Shown piece after piece: positions 23,156-36,217 of a stretch of 64,000 nucleotides of DNA (the stretch's first letter is position 1; every line of letters begins with the position of its first letter). The position numbers were made by a program, and so were the translations under genes. The notes under the pieces are model-generated. The model saw nothing but the letters and a program-made list of their open reading frames with translations, was not told the origin of the DNA and searched no databases. The DNA lies in assembly GCA_904063045.1 (NCBI GenBank), contig CAJFCJ010000007.1, forward strand, positions 3,293,404 through 3,357,403, in the 5' to 3' direction. This stretch comes from Dimorphilus gyrociliatus (taxonomy: Eukaryota; Animalia; Annelida).

Positions 23156-26100
23156 ATGTCTTCGTTTCTGTTCTCTAATGAATGTCGAGAAGCGGTTGAT
23201 GAATGTTCAACAGTAATGCGTACGGATATCGATTGTTACACGGAGTAAGATTTAAGCCTATACATTTTTTTTTCTATTTTTACCATATGAGGAAGGTTGG
23301 TTGAGTAATATTGAAAAAGAGAAAAACTGTCAGTTTTTTTTACTATTACTGTCATTGTTTCTTTTTTTAAAAATAATTCTATAAAGTGGCCTCGCATTTA
23401 ATTTAATCTAAAAACATGGACTTCAGAGAGACGAATATGGCGAATGGGTCGAATGTTTCCAGTGAGGACTATGCGGATAACGAACCAATAGAAGCAAATA
23501 TTCTATTACCCAATGGAATTCACCAAATACATACTCTAGGACCAAATATATCTCTACTTGATACTGTTCTACAACTTTGTAAAACTTTACATTTAAATCC
23601 ATCTGATCATAGGCTAGTCCCGTTCAATTTCGAAAATGGAAGAGAATATAGGCATAAGCCGTCTCAGAAGATTGGAGCATTTAAAGATGCCGAATTTCAT
23701 TTGGTTAACAAATATGATACAAAGCCAAAGAAAATCGTTCAACAAAATTTCGAGGTTAGGCTGAATATTTTCGTATTTTTTTGTTGTTGTTATTGTTGAT
23801 AAAAATTATATTTTATTCTTAATATATTCTATTCAATAATATTATTATAATATCTATTTTTAGACCATTTTTTCACCCTTAACTTTTCCTATTAATTAAC
23901 TAATAATACTGTATATATTATAAATAGATGACGAATAGAATTGCGGTGGATCTACCTCGAAATCAAAAGCATGCTATTAGAATCTCACCTAAAGTTACAA
24001 TTGAAAACCTTTTAAGGCAGGTTTGCACTGAAAAATCCCTCAATTATCATCATTTTAACGTTTGCAAACCGACCGATTTGGAAACTCCGTTAAATTTTAA
24101 TTCGACGCTAGAAGAACTGAATATAAAACACGTTACACTGGTTCCAAATGCCAATTATTCACCTAATGATAGTCATCGTATAGACGGTTAGTAATTTCTA
24201 CTGTATATCTATATATTTGTATTTATAATAGTATACATCTTTGTCAGCGTGTATGCGGCTTGTATAGGCCGAGGTTTTTTTTTTTTTACAATTACTGCCA
24301 TCTGGTAGGAAAATTCTGTACTAAAAAGTATAGAATGATAAAGAAGATATCGTAAATTTTAGTCGATCGAACATTTATAGCAATTACAGTTCTGATTTTT
24401 TCTTATCTAGTTTTATATATAGATAGTAATATGTAGATAACTATTTCCTTATTGAATACTTGACATAATGTTTTTAAATAGCTGATAGATAGGTGAAAAA
24501 AAATTTCAATTCTCACCCAACGTCACCTCACAACAAATATTGTAAACAATTGTATTGAACACAGGCGTCTCTCTATTCACTCAGGTTTCTCTTGTAAACT
24601 ATTTCCTCCTTTTTATCTAAATATTATTATTTTGACCTCCTCTAAAAAGAATAAAGGTAATATCAAAGTAATTTTTGTTTATTTGTTTCTTTTATTCAAT
24701 TAAAAGTTTACCTGAAATCTGACAAAGTACCGACGTTATTTTTTTTGTTTAGTAAAAGGCCTATTAAAAAATTTCCATTTAGATTTAATTCTGTAGTTAA
24801 ACAAGTTTCAGATAGGCAATAATTGAAAATTGTTAAAAGAGTTTTAGCGGTGGATATAGAAGCATCAGCTAGATGTAAAGAGCTTGTATATATTTTAATA
24901 TAATACTAATAGTCATTGGACTTGCATGCGATTTATCTTATCCGAAACAATATTTTTAAGCATTGAAGTTGATATTATTATCTTGTCTTAATAGATTAAT
25001 ATTTTAGAAAAGAAACGCCATTTAATATAAATCTCTGAAGATAGAGAGAGAGAGAAACAGACAGACTAGTAGATAGGTAGATAGATAGGTAGAGAGAAAA
25101 CAAAGGGGTAAGCATTTTATATTCAAAATATTAATAGATAACGGTAAAATTTTGTAATCTATAAATCTAATATATTATTTCATTATTACTTTTCCTACCA
25201 TCTTATTCATTTCGTAATATTTAAACAATTTTCGTATTCAAGACTTTTAATTAGGTCTAAAAAGAAAAAAATAAAAAACAACACGTTTTTTGTAAATAAA
25301 GCAAAAATAAAAACAAGATATTCATTAGGAAGCTTTCTATCTTATTAAGTATTTATTTAATTTCTTTTATTGTTTCTATTTTATTAGTAATAATAGCATT
25401 TATTATCAAAAGAACATTGTATATATACAGTATATATATATATATATGGCTTATGCATGCTCAACATAACTTTTTTTTGGAAGGAGGACTATATATATTC
25501 TATTTTAACACTACTCATATAAAAGGAATAGTATTAAACTATTATAGTAATAATAAGATTTAATGTAGGCCTATGATTTTTTGAAAGAACAACTTTTATA
25601 AATCGATAAAAGTAGTCGAATGCGTACACGTGCTGCGAGTTGAAGAGAGAAGCATATAGAATAAAAGCCAAAAAAAAAAAATTGTATTCGATAAAGCGTA
25701 ATATCGATTTTTTTTATATTAATCGATTTTATTGACTGTTTTTTTTTTTAAAACAGAATCGAACAGAAATAGAACGAATAGTTTCAAAAAAATGGAATAT
25801 ATGCCTGCCGAGAATACGAAGAAGAAGAAAGGTCTCTTCTCTCTTTTCTCGAGGAAAAAGAAGGATAAATTTAATACGGTAATAACGAGCTTAGACTTGT
25901 TATAAATCGTATTCTATTGCGTTTCCCTTTCTATTTGATGTATTCTATATAGCTTTTAATATAATTACTAGGAGAAATAATTGTTGCTCTGTTTCCTTTT
26001 GCTAATTATCTTTTATCTTATTGCAATTTTTACAGTCGCTTGATTGTCAAACTCTTCCGAGAACGGTAGATCAATCAACTAAGTCTTCCATGCCACGTTC

Positions 26101-29100
26101 AAAAAGCTTGCACACGAATGTTAATGCTGCTCCGAATACAACTTTACCTGTGAAGGAGGAAATACGCCCTAGTACTTCAGGGTCAACGAAGAAACGAGCA
26201 CCTCCTCCTCCTCCTCCTCCCCTTTCTTCAAATACATCTTCTGTTGATGATACCCCGAGTCGTTCTCCACTTAATCTAACTAATCAGTCGACAACTCGTT
26301 CAAGAACATCTTCATATTCTTCAGGAATTAGTGAAACGCCAGGTTCATTAACAAAACCGCTTAGAAAGAAGAAAAAAGCACCACCTCCTCCCGTACGTGA
26401 GCCAACACCAATAATACCCACAGAAGAAAAGAGAGAAGAAGAAGAAAAAGCAGAAGGTATGTAAATCATTTCCTGTTATTCCTTTTCTTGTGAAAAGTAT
26501 CAAAGTCGATTTTTTTCTTCGATTAACAATAGTAACAGAAATAACAAAGGATGAAGAGGAAATAGTAGCACACGATTCAATTAGTAATATAGAATCAATT
26601 GTGAGGGCTCGAAGTCCTTCTCCAACTCATTCTGAAGAAATTAACATTCGATCATGTAAATCAGGTGAGTTATTCGACGACGAAAGGGTGCAAAAAACTA
26701 TTACATCGGCCGAATCGTATGAGAGTCTATGCGAATTGAGTGACAGTAATTGGGAAAGGGAAACAAACATATTAAACAAGCCAAATACCAATAGTTCTAA
26801 ATATGTTCGATCCGACGATAAAAGTTCATCGATTCTATTTACCGCGAAACGAGACGATGTTCTTAGAACAAGACTCGACGTCTAAATTGACTTTTCCAAA
26901 AGCTTTTATAAATGGTACTTTTTAACTATTCCATCATTTTTTTACTCTATACAAAAAACTTTAGTTAACAACTTTATATTAGTAAAAAGGAAAATAATAG
27001 ATAATGAATAACATTTTTAGAATTGTATTGTTAACATTTATATTAATATCTGTCCACGCTGTGTATGTTTATACAGTATATACACAGTTTTTTTAAAACT
27101 TGTGCTTTTTTTAATATGAAATAATCTGCTTAGTCTGTGTTCAAACTATTTTTTTTGTACAAGGTAAAAAGACATATCTTTAATCTCTTTAATATTTTTT
27201 TAAATCCTGTTGCTATGTCAATTTATTATAGAATAGAAACAAACAACAACATAAAAAACAATTAATAATGTTTATAAATCATAATTTAAATGATTTGTAT
27301 GTGTTTACTCTTCTAATGTTTATCCTTCATTTTCTTTCCTATTATGATCTTTTTAATTATTTTTCCCGCCAAAAACAAAATCACAAAATTTTTTTGACAC
27401 CTTATGCATCGTTATAAAAACGTGTTTGGGAAAGTGTTTTTTATTGATTCCACTTCCAATCGGGAACAGTATAACCTAAAAAAAAGTAAGTTAAGTTTCA
27501 TGTTCTTTGTTTATTATGTATATATATATAAATATTTTTTTTTTTTAAAATGGACTCTTTCTTCACTCTTTTTTATCATTTTATTTTTGCACGGCTAATT
27601 AGTCTCCCTTATTTTATGTTTCTACTTTGGTTTCTTTGTTGTAATTTATTTCCCCCCTTCCTATTTTTTGTAGACCGTTTATCTATTTTGGCTTGGGTAA
27701 CAGTTTTTTGCACCACCAAATATTTAAAAGCAAACAGAATAAGTAAATAAAAAAAAAACATTATACTAACAATTTGAATAGTAGTTTTGTTTTTTTTTTA
27801 TTCAATTATATTTAATTTATGTTCACTATTTTGTAATTTTTTTTTGTTTAATTTCGACAAAAGCATGTCCATGTAATTGTCTTTATTTTTTTTCTATTAA
27901 GAATTTAAACAAATAACTGTGTCTACTAGCAAAAGAACAACAATTATGCACTATTTAGGCTTTTAGAGCGTTTTTTATTTAAAAGAAAAAAACAAACAGC
28001 ATTAGTTTACGCTTTCAGATAGAAATCGGCCCAATACGCTTATTCTTCCCCCACCACCCGAAGAACCACCTCCAGCTGATACACCCTCTCCGAGGGCATC
28101 CATACTAGCTGCTAGTTTTCAAAATTTGGACAAATTAGGCGATCAATTGATCGACAGTAAAAGTAAATCTTATTCAATTGGTTCACAAACGCACTTGGAC
28201 GACTTAGATTTTGGTAAGGGCGTCACTTCCCAAATCTGTCGCTATCGAGTGTTCACGAAATTTTAGTTTGCAAAGTCACCATATAAACTTTCTAACAAAA
28301 GAAATCAGCTTTATTGTATTTTTTTTATTATTATTACTTATTTAAAAATTTTTCAAGTTTTTTTTATTTATTATTTCATCGTTTTTACGCTTCTTTATTA
28401 AAAATTTTAATATTTTATTTTTAATACTTTCTATTGTGTTGAATAGCTACGTTTTCTTCAAATGGTTATTCAAGTCTTTTTAACGTTTTCTTATCACTTT
28501 CTACTGTTTTTTTTATATATATGAGGTTTCTTTTTTTTTTCTTCACATAAATGGTGTGTTCTTAAGATAATAATTATCCCTTTAGTTTTGTTTAGCTAAA
28601 TAAGGTTGTTTTTAATTAGATTTTTCGTTGAATACAGATGATGATATGCCAGCTGCTATTCAAGTTCATCAAACATCTATTCAAAAACAAGAGTTAGAGG
28701 ATGAAGTGAAAATTGAAGAAAGCTTAGAGGAAGAAAAACAAGAATATAAAATTTCTGTAGATGATAAAGGTGAAAGAGATGAAAAAATATTTAATAGTGC
28801 AGAAATGAAGGATGATAGTGTAGAGTTAAGAGAGAAGCCGAAAGAAGTGAATGAAGTAGAGAAGTTTGTAGAAGAGGCAATTGTAGTCGAGGAAAACGAA
28901 ACTAGTGTGATTAATGAACAATTGAAAGAAATAGATCACGCACTTGAATCTAATGAAATTTACAACAATGAGACGACAAAGGAGGAAGATTCGATGGGAG
29001 AAGGGCAATATTTTAATACTATTTCAATTAATTGCGATGATAACTCGGAGCAAGAAAAACTTGTCGTTGAAGATAACAGTAGACAAGCATTAGCTCCCTC

Positions 29101-30874
29101 TCCTCCTCCATTGAAAATGTCGTTAGAAGATGATATGAAGACTCCAATTGAAGAAAAATTCATATGGGATGATAGTGTAGATGAGAAAGAGAAACAAAGC
29201 GTAAAAACTGAAGTTAAAGTTGAAAAAACTGACAAAATAATCAAAGATAAGCCTGTTGAAAAAGAGGAAATGTCAGTTGGAAGTTTAAGATCTGTCTTAA
29301 GAAAACCTACGAAACAGCGTTCAGTGGAATCAGATTTAACAACAAGCAGCGGTGAAAGGTTATCCTCTCTGTGGAAAAATGAAGATTGGACCAAAGAAGG
29401 GCTCTGGGGAAGTGAGACTGGTTTAAAACATGTTGAAAACAGATCGAAGATTGGACAAAGTAAAATGTATGCTGCAGTCAAAAGTAGGCCACGTTCTTTC
29501 GACATTGACGTAAGTAGAGTAAACAAATCGCCGACTGAAAGCGTAGACGAAGAAAAGGATGAAGGTTACGATAGTTACTCGAGCAGGCTTATCAAAACTA
29601 GTACGCCTATCCACCAAGATTCTATGTCAATGTCTTTATCCACATCAAACAAAGACTCTTTCTATTCAAATAGTGATGATCGCAAAGTACCACCCTTGAA
29701 TTTAGACGGAGATTCAAATGCAGAAAATGAAGCCGCTCCGATTCTTCGTACAAGAGACGTCAAAAAATCAGAAATAGTGAGCAACAAAACGTCCCACGAG
29801 TTGAAAGAAACAAAGTCTCCAGAAGTAGAAAAGGCCGACGAATCCCAGGAACCGATAAATAAGCAGGAGGATAACAAAATACATATTACTTCCGTATTCA
29901 TTGGAGATGATAGAATAACAATGACAACGGCTACTACTGAGGATGATATTTCCTCTTTGAATGAAGAGAATGTAGACGCTTTTGTTCAGAATCTCAGCAG
30001 CGATAGCTCTGATGAAGAATTGGAAAAGAAGCCCTCGGCTAAAATTATTGATATGCGAGACGAGAAAGGCGGTTATTCTCATACGAAACAAACAGACGTC
30101 GATCAAATTAAGCCAGTAAGAAAACCAAGTATAAATCTTCTAACAGCTAGACCGTTCGTCCATAGTAGTCATACGACGGAAACAAAAAAGGAAAACGACC
30201 GGAAATCTTACAGAAAGGATTACGATTCTGTACAGAAACAAATGCAGCAATGGCAAGATAGATTACAAAAGAATCGGGATGTTCTAGAGAAAACGAAACC
30301 GAAGAAAGAAGAACCTCGTCCAAGCGAAGATCCAGTTGGTTTATTTGGTCAGTTTACATCAACGCAGCTATCAAGCATGCGCGATAGATTAAAGAAATCA
30401 CAGACAAATGAGAAAAATAGTGGCGTTGCTTTGGGTAGAGTGCTAGACGTTAATCCCCCCAATACTTCTGAACATGAAATACCTATACCACCTCCTCCAC
30501 CACCTCCCGTAGCCAATGTACCCTCATCTCCACCTATTACTCTACCGAGTCTAACTACGCCTAAAGGAATGGATGATGAAATGAAAAACAAACCACCATC
30601 AGCCCTCAAATTAAAATCGGGTCTAGAAGACAAACCAAAGAGTCGTTTTGGTCCAGTTCTTGATCCCCACGAGGAATTAATGCTGGCTATCAAGAGTGTA
30701 AATGGTAGGGGAGCCCTGAGAAAAGTAAGATTCAAAAATAACAAGTTTTTATTTAGACAACATAAAATATTAAATAATTAATATGTTCCATTCTCTCTTC
30801 TCTCCAAAAAACAATAATAGGTTTCTGCCAAAGATTGCCATTGGGCTGATGGAGCAAAGCTGAATCGTAGTTAA
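23156..30874 (+). CDS. COBL: Cordon-bleu-like actin regulator (ubiquitin-like domains, KKRAPPPP motifs, C-terminal WH2)
   Basis: Exons 23156-23244 (putative; alternative start ATG 23416), 23427-23754, 23928-24186, 25757-25878, 26036-26456, 26533-26664, 28019-28213, 28638-30724 and 30821-30874, all phase-compatible. Cobl Ubl domain RIAVDLPRNQKHAIRISPKVTIENLLRQVC...STLEELNIK, KKGLFSLFSRKKK, KKRAPPPP, KKKAPPPP and WH2 HEELMLAIKSVNGRGALRKV. Confidence 0.88.
24295..24309 (-). promoter_or_regulatory. CTCF-like motif in a COBL intron
   Basis: The minus strand reads CCTACCAGATGGCAG, close to CCACCAGATGGCAG. Confidence 0.45.
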
Positions 30875-31034
30875 ACTGCAAGGACACTAAAATTCAATCT
30901 GCAAAAATATTTTTCTAGTTCTGATACATATCCTTTTTTAATGAAAGAAGTTCTTCACTAGAAAGGTGCCATGCACGCATTGACTACAGCACATATACTT
31001 ATATATTCCTATATATATATATATATATGTTATG

Positions 31035-31072
<38 letters not shown>

Positions 31073-31317
31073 TATATGAATATATAAATATATACATTAT
31101 TTTTTTAACATAATGCATAATTAATTATTTTTTGTTTATTTTCAAAATTCTTTTTGTATTTTAAAAAATTATGCAAATGATAAGAATTATTCCAACTTCC
31201 ATAATAGATTGCAGAAGTTTGAATGTATTATCTAATTTATAAAAAAAAAGTGAATGAAAGAGAGAGAGAGAGACAAACTAAGAAAAGGATGTGTAATGTT
31301 CAATTAAAAAGATAATG

Positions 31318-31359
<42 letters not shown>

Positions 31360-31368
31360 ATCTGAATT

Positions 31369-33144
31369 TTATACCTCTCGGCGTAAAGAACTAGTTAAAA
31401 TTAGTAAAGATGATAAAAACATTATCGATAAAACTATTATAAAGAAAAGACGATCTAGGACTGTCGCTAAAGTTCGCCATTCTTTTGCACAATCAGAACG
31501 TCTTTTATCGGCAGCAACTTGTGGCTTGTAAATTCTGGTGGGCCCTTTTGTAATAACGGGATAAGAATATTGTGTATTAGAGGATGTCGTTGACGCTTCG
31601 TCGACGACGTCTAATTGATGCATAGCAGCTTGTCTATTGCAGTGTTCGTCCAATAGTGACTTAATTTCAGTTGTATCATTTTTTACGAAAACAAATTTTG
31701 CAATATGCCCTAGAAAGAGTGTTCTCACACAAGCAGGCATAGGAGTATAGCCCCCTTTATAATGGATATTTAAAACTATGACGCTCAAGCAGACGCTTGC
31801 TGTTCCTAGTGCCATCGTCGTCGTTAAATACATAACTGCAAATAAATATTTAGATAGTGAAATTGGGTGCATATAACTTAGTCGTTTCTTATATACCGAG
31901 AACTGGAATATCCAAGCTGGTTCGAGGCACGTTATCTGCTAACATGAGAAGAAAAACTGTAAAGGCTAAGAGAACAGATATTCCGGCTGAAATCTTTTCG
32001 CCAGCATCAGGGGGAACGCAAAAGACGACGAGTATAAGTATAGATAAGAGAGAGCAGGGTAATATGATGTTCATTATATAGAAGGTAAATCGTCTCGTCA
32101 TATGAATAGTAAAAAGCACTTTGCTGTAACTGCGTGATAAAGGCTGTTTTCGAATTTTTTAAAAGGGCAATTTTTCTTTGATCCTTACCGAATATGAGGG
32201 CAGCACGGTAAAATTACTTCTTTCCATTCTGCAGTAGTCTTAAAGATATCCCATTCACCATTTAGCTTAAATTCCTGCAGTTCCATCTCTGATGCGACAT
32301 TGGTCAAGTTCATCCTTGAGCTGGTGTAGGCCCAAGCACCAATCTCAATAGGACACTCTTGAGTATCAAATGGAAAGTAGGATATGTCAATATCGCAAGT
32401 GGTTGAAAAAACACCGCCAGGTTCCCAATGAACCAAACCATTGTGAGCAATAAGGACACGAATTTTTTCAAAGTCCTGTACATTATCATCCGCTCTGTAG
32501 AAAAATCGAAATTGACTTTTTCAGACGCACAGAGAGAGAATATATAATAGATTTGTTTTAAGATAAGCCCTTTAATCATTAAAAGTCCAACTTCCCCCTA
32601 TGGAACTGGTTGAACGTCTCAAAACGTACCATTAACGAAATTATAAACCACCCTTCTGATCTTTACCACTATTTATACTATACCCGTTAATGATTGCCAG
32701 TTCCGGTAACCATATTCTATCAGCCGTTACAACTACATCTGATATATTCCAATATTTCTCTTGTGACCACCTCAAGCGTTCGTCGGTCCATTCCTATACG
32801 ATAGAAGAGAGAAAAAACATGCAGCAACAAATTAATTAATGAGTAAACAAAGATTATATTCAATTACTTTAATTACTAACGGTTATAACTAATCCAGTTG
32901 TAAGCATAGCTTGACTTCTTTCGTCTAACCTTTGAATCCGAAGTAGCATAAAATTTACAGTAACTGTAACGGTATCGGAGACCTTAAGAACTCCTCTTGC
33001 GTCCCTGTCGTAGCTGGTTAGGATATTATCCAATAATCTCTCTTCCGGAGTCTTCGTTCTAGTCCGATTAACTTTGTAACAACAACATTTGACAATGGCT
33101 AAACTTAACAGGATGAGGTAGATAAATGCATTTCGATTCGCCAT
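31369..33144 (-). CDS. Nicotinic acetylcholine receptor-like Cys-loop channel subunit (alpha-type vicinal CC, cation-type M1-M2 linker)
   Basis: Exons 33144-32881, 32793-32684, 32494-32189, 32129-31897 and 31835-31369. Signal peptide, Cys-loop CDIDISYFPFDTQEC, loop B GAWAY, loop C CC, M1-M2 PPDAGEKISAGISVLLAFTVFLL, and M4 preceded by EWRTLATVLDRLF. Confidence 0.95.
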
Positions 33145-33187
33145 GTGATAGCGCGCCTAAGCGCGCAGGGTAAGAATAAAAAAACAG

Positions 33188-33190
<3 letters not shown>

Positions 33191-33219
<29 letters not shown>
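33191..33219 (+). repeat. (GA)14 microsatellite just upstream of the nAChR start codon
   Basis: Directly visible. Other (GA)n tracts lie near 21751, 34587, 34812 and 59851. Confidence 0.9.
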
Positions 33220-33222
<3 letters not shown>

Positions 33223-34577
33223 ATGAGCAAAAGCGAGAGAGAGAGTGAGTGAAGGGGTGGGGAGTTGGAGAAATTGATGAAAAAGGCAGAACGAATCGCC
33301 GGACGTCGATTAGTCAAATAGAACGTGCCGCCTCTCCTTCACCCTCTGTAAAAGGGAATAAAAGGAAGAGATTTTAAAAAATTATTTCAATAAAATCTAT
33401 CTATAATTATATTTATAATATTCTTTACTAATAAATACAAATAAGCCAACACAAATGATAGGGTAAAGCATTACACGAAATCTAGGCCTATAAAATTGCT
33501 GTTTTTATTCCAGGCCACGCGTTCCATATATATTTTTCATATTTTAGTAGAAACTATGAAGAATTTCACTTATCTATTGTTGTTATTAGAGAGATATATA
33601 ATCTAAAAGTTAAACAATTTCTTTTTCTTTTTTTTTTACAACCTTGTCTGTATATTGCAGTACGTTGCAGTGTTGTTTTTCTTCTTTTACTAGTATAATT
33701 TACAGTCTATTCAAATGAAAAGAAAGAAAAAGGGTATTTTTTTTTCAGTCGATTTAATACTGAGCAATTTCTCTCCTTTGTTTCTTTCTTTCTCTTTTTA
33801 CTATTTGGTCAACAGGCGGAAAAAGTATAAGATTGTTTTTGAAAGATTCCGTGATAGGATAAGTGGAAGACGGAATTGGAAGAGGACGGGGGGGGAGGAG
33901 ATGCGAATGATGATTATGTGTCTAAGTAAAGGAAAAATAAAAGAAGCGAAAGAGTACAGATAAAGAAAGAGAAGGGATTGGAGAGAGAAGGAATGTTTAA
34001 GCAACATTTTCCTTATCGTCTTTCTTCTCTTTTTCCGTTATTTTTGGCATATTGTTTATTTTTCTGCAAGGTTTCGTTGATCGTGTTCGCTCATTAAATC
34101 TAGAGTCTCGTTGAATGATTGTCGACGTAATATAGTTTGTCATACTTGTTATAAAGCAAAATAAAGTGATAACTGGTAAGACACATGTTAGCTCAGGCGG
34201 AGAGAACTTTATAAAATATTGAAAACAAGGGGGTAAAAAGTGGGAGGAAAAACTGAAAAAGAAATGGAAGGGGAGGAGGGAAGAAGGGCGTTATATAGGT
34301 GGGGAAGAGGATATCAATTTTATCGTAATTATCTTTATTATATATACCTAAAGTGTATTTATTTTTTAAACAAATAACTACATTAGATAGGAAAAAGAAA
34401 AGATAAGAAAGGTAACTCTAACTTGTTTAAGAGAAACAGTGGTCATCATAGAAAAACACTAGGCCTATAAAAATGATTGAAAACGCAAGGAAAGTATGAG
34501 CTATATATTATCTTAGAAAAAAAAAAGCTATATAGCAATAACAACAAGTCACTCAGTGAGAATAATGAGTAAGTAAA

Positions 34578-34618
<41 letters not shown>

Positions 34619-34804
34619 CAGCAAAGAGAAAGAGAAAGAGAGAGATCTAGAAAGAAATCTAATGTAAAGAAAAAAACAACAGCTGCATTATAGGCTTAAT
34701 ACAAAAAACTGGCTAATTTGTTTGAAGTTCATAGACAAAATAATAAATAATTTTTATATATAGTTTTACAAATTATTGATCAAACGAGAAAAAGAAAAAA
34801 CGAA

Positions 34805-34837
<33 letters not shown>

Positions 34838-36217
34838 AGATGGAGAAAAATAAGACGAAAAACAACAATGATAAATTCTCGTAATTCAAATTAATATGCC
34901 GTATATAAATAATTTTTTTTTTTGATGAAAAGTTATAGGCCTATTTAGGGTAATTTTGTTTTCGGCAAATATTCTCTGTAGCTCTTTCTTTCCTTTCTTT
35001 TTTGTCTCTCTGTCTCCGTTTTTCATTAAATAGTTTGTCTTTTCTTATGTACGAAAAACAAGGATGCCATTCCATCCTTTATTTTAGTCTTCACTTGATA
35101 ATTTAGTTTACCCAGCTTTCATATCTACGTTTCCCTTACTACATTTAAATTGATTGATGAAGAGATCTATTTCCGTTAAAACTAGTCCATAGTTAATCTG
35201 TAGTCTAAATTATAGGCGTCTCTAATTTCAAAGGATCACGCCACAATTCGTTAAATAAAAGAATTAACGCCCGCTAATAACAATAATTAATTTAAAAAAA
35301 AATAGAAATTTTACATAGGCCTATCTTTTTGGAAGGAATATATTTCTGAGAAAGGAGGGCGAGAGTTTACGGGTTATTAAATCTTACGTACGTGACTGAG
35401 CTTTTAATACATTCCTTTCTGCCGGTTGGATAATTGATTTCTCCTATTCATTTGTTGCAGTTGGTGATTTCTATCGTTTTGCAAGCTCACACCACACCGA
35501 AGAATGACAAGATAAAAATTATTTCTGATTCCCTCCCGCACTCTATCTGGTCTTTTTTACATTTTGCTTTCGCTATCAGTCTCGTTTTCTCTCCTTGTCT
35601 TCCTGTCCCTGTTTGACTGTATCAGACACTTTAATATACTTTTAGTTTTTTTTTCTCTCCTGTTCTCTTGTTGTTTGTATTTATAGATTAGCATAACTAA
35701 AGTAGTTTCAAAGGGAGTTGCAAATGAAATTAGACAACCCCCAACCGTGACCAAAGAATTTCGAAATCGTTTATAATCAAATAGTATAAATTCCAATTTG
35801 GAAACCAGTTGATGATTGGGAATTTTAATGATTGTCATCCGGTTGTTAACCGCTTAGAGCAAACACGGAAATTCGTTTACCCTCAGCAACATCTGTCGAA
35901 TAAATAGCTGAAAATTACGAACAGGGCTCATTAATCATTCCGAACACCGTGTGGCTTAAAGCTATCTTTCCAATAGAATATTAAATATATGAAGGGAGAA
36001 AGAAGAAGAAAACAACCTCCTTAACTGTTTTTCCTTTTTCGGTCACTAATCAAAGTTCTTTTTTCAAGTTTGACTTTTACTTTGTTGCTGAGATAAAATT
36101 CATCTATTCGGATAATAGAGCTATTTACTCTACAAATTACAGAATGTATATGTATTTAATTGAAAAAAAAATGGTTTATTTTTAGAATAACAACGAAAAT
36201 CTGACGTCCATATACAG

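Noticed and set aside
35434-35838. ORFs between the nAChR and PSMD7 genes
   Set aside because: No domain, partly low-complexity. More likely nAChR upstream or 5'-UTR sequence (minus-strand donor near 35880).
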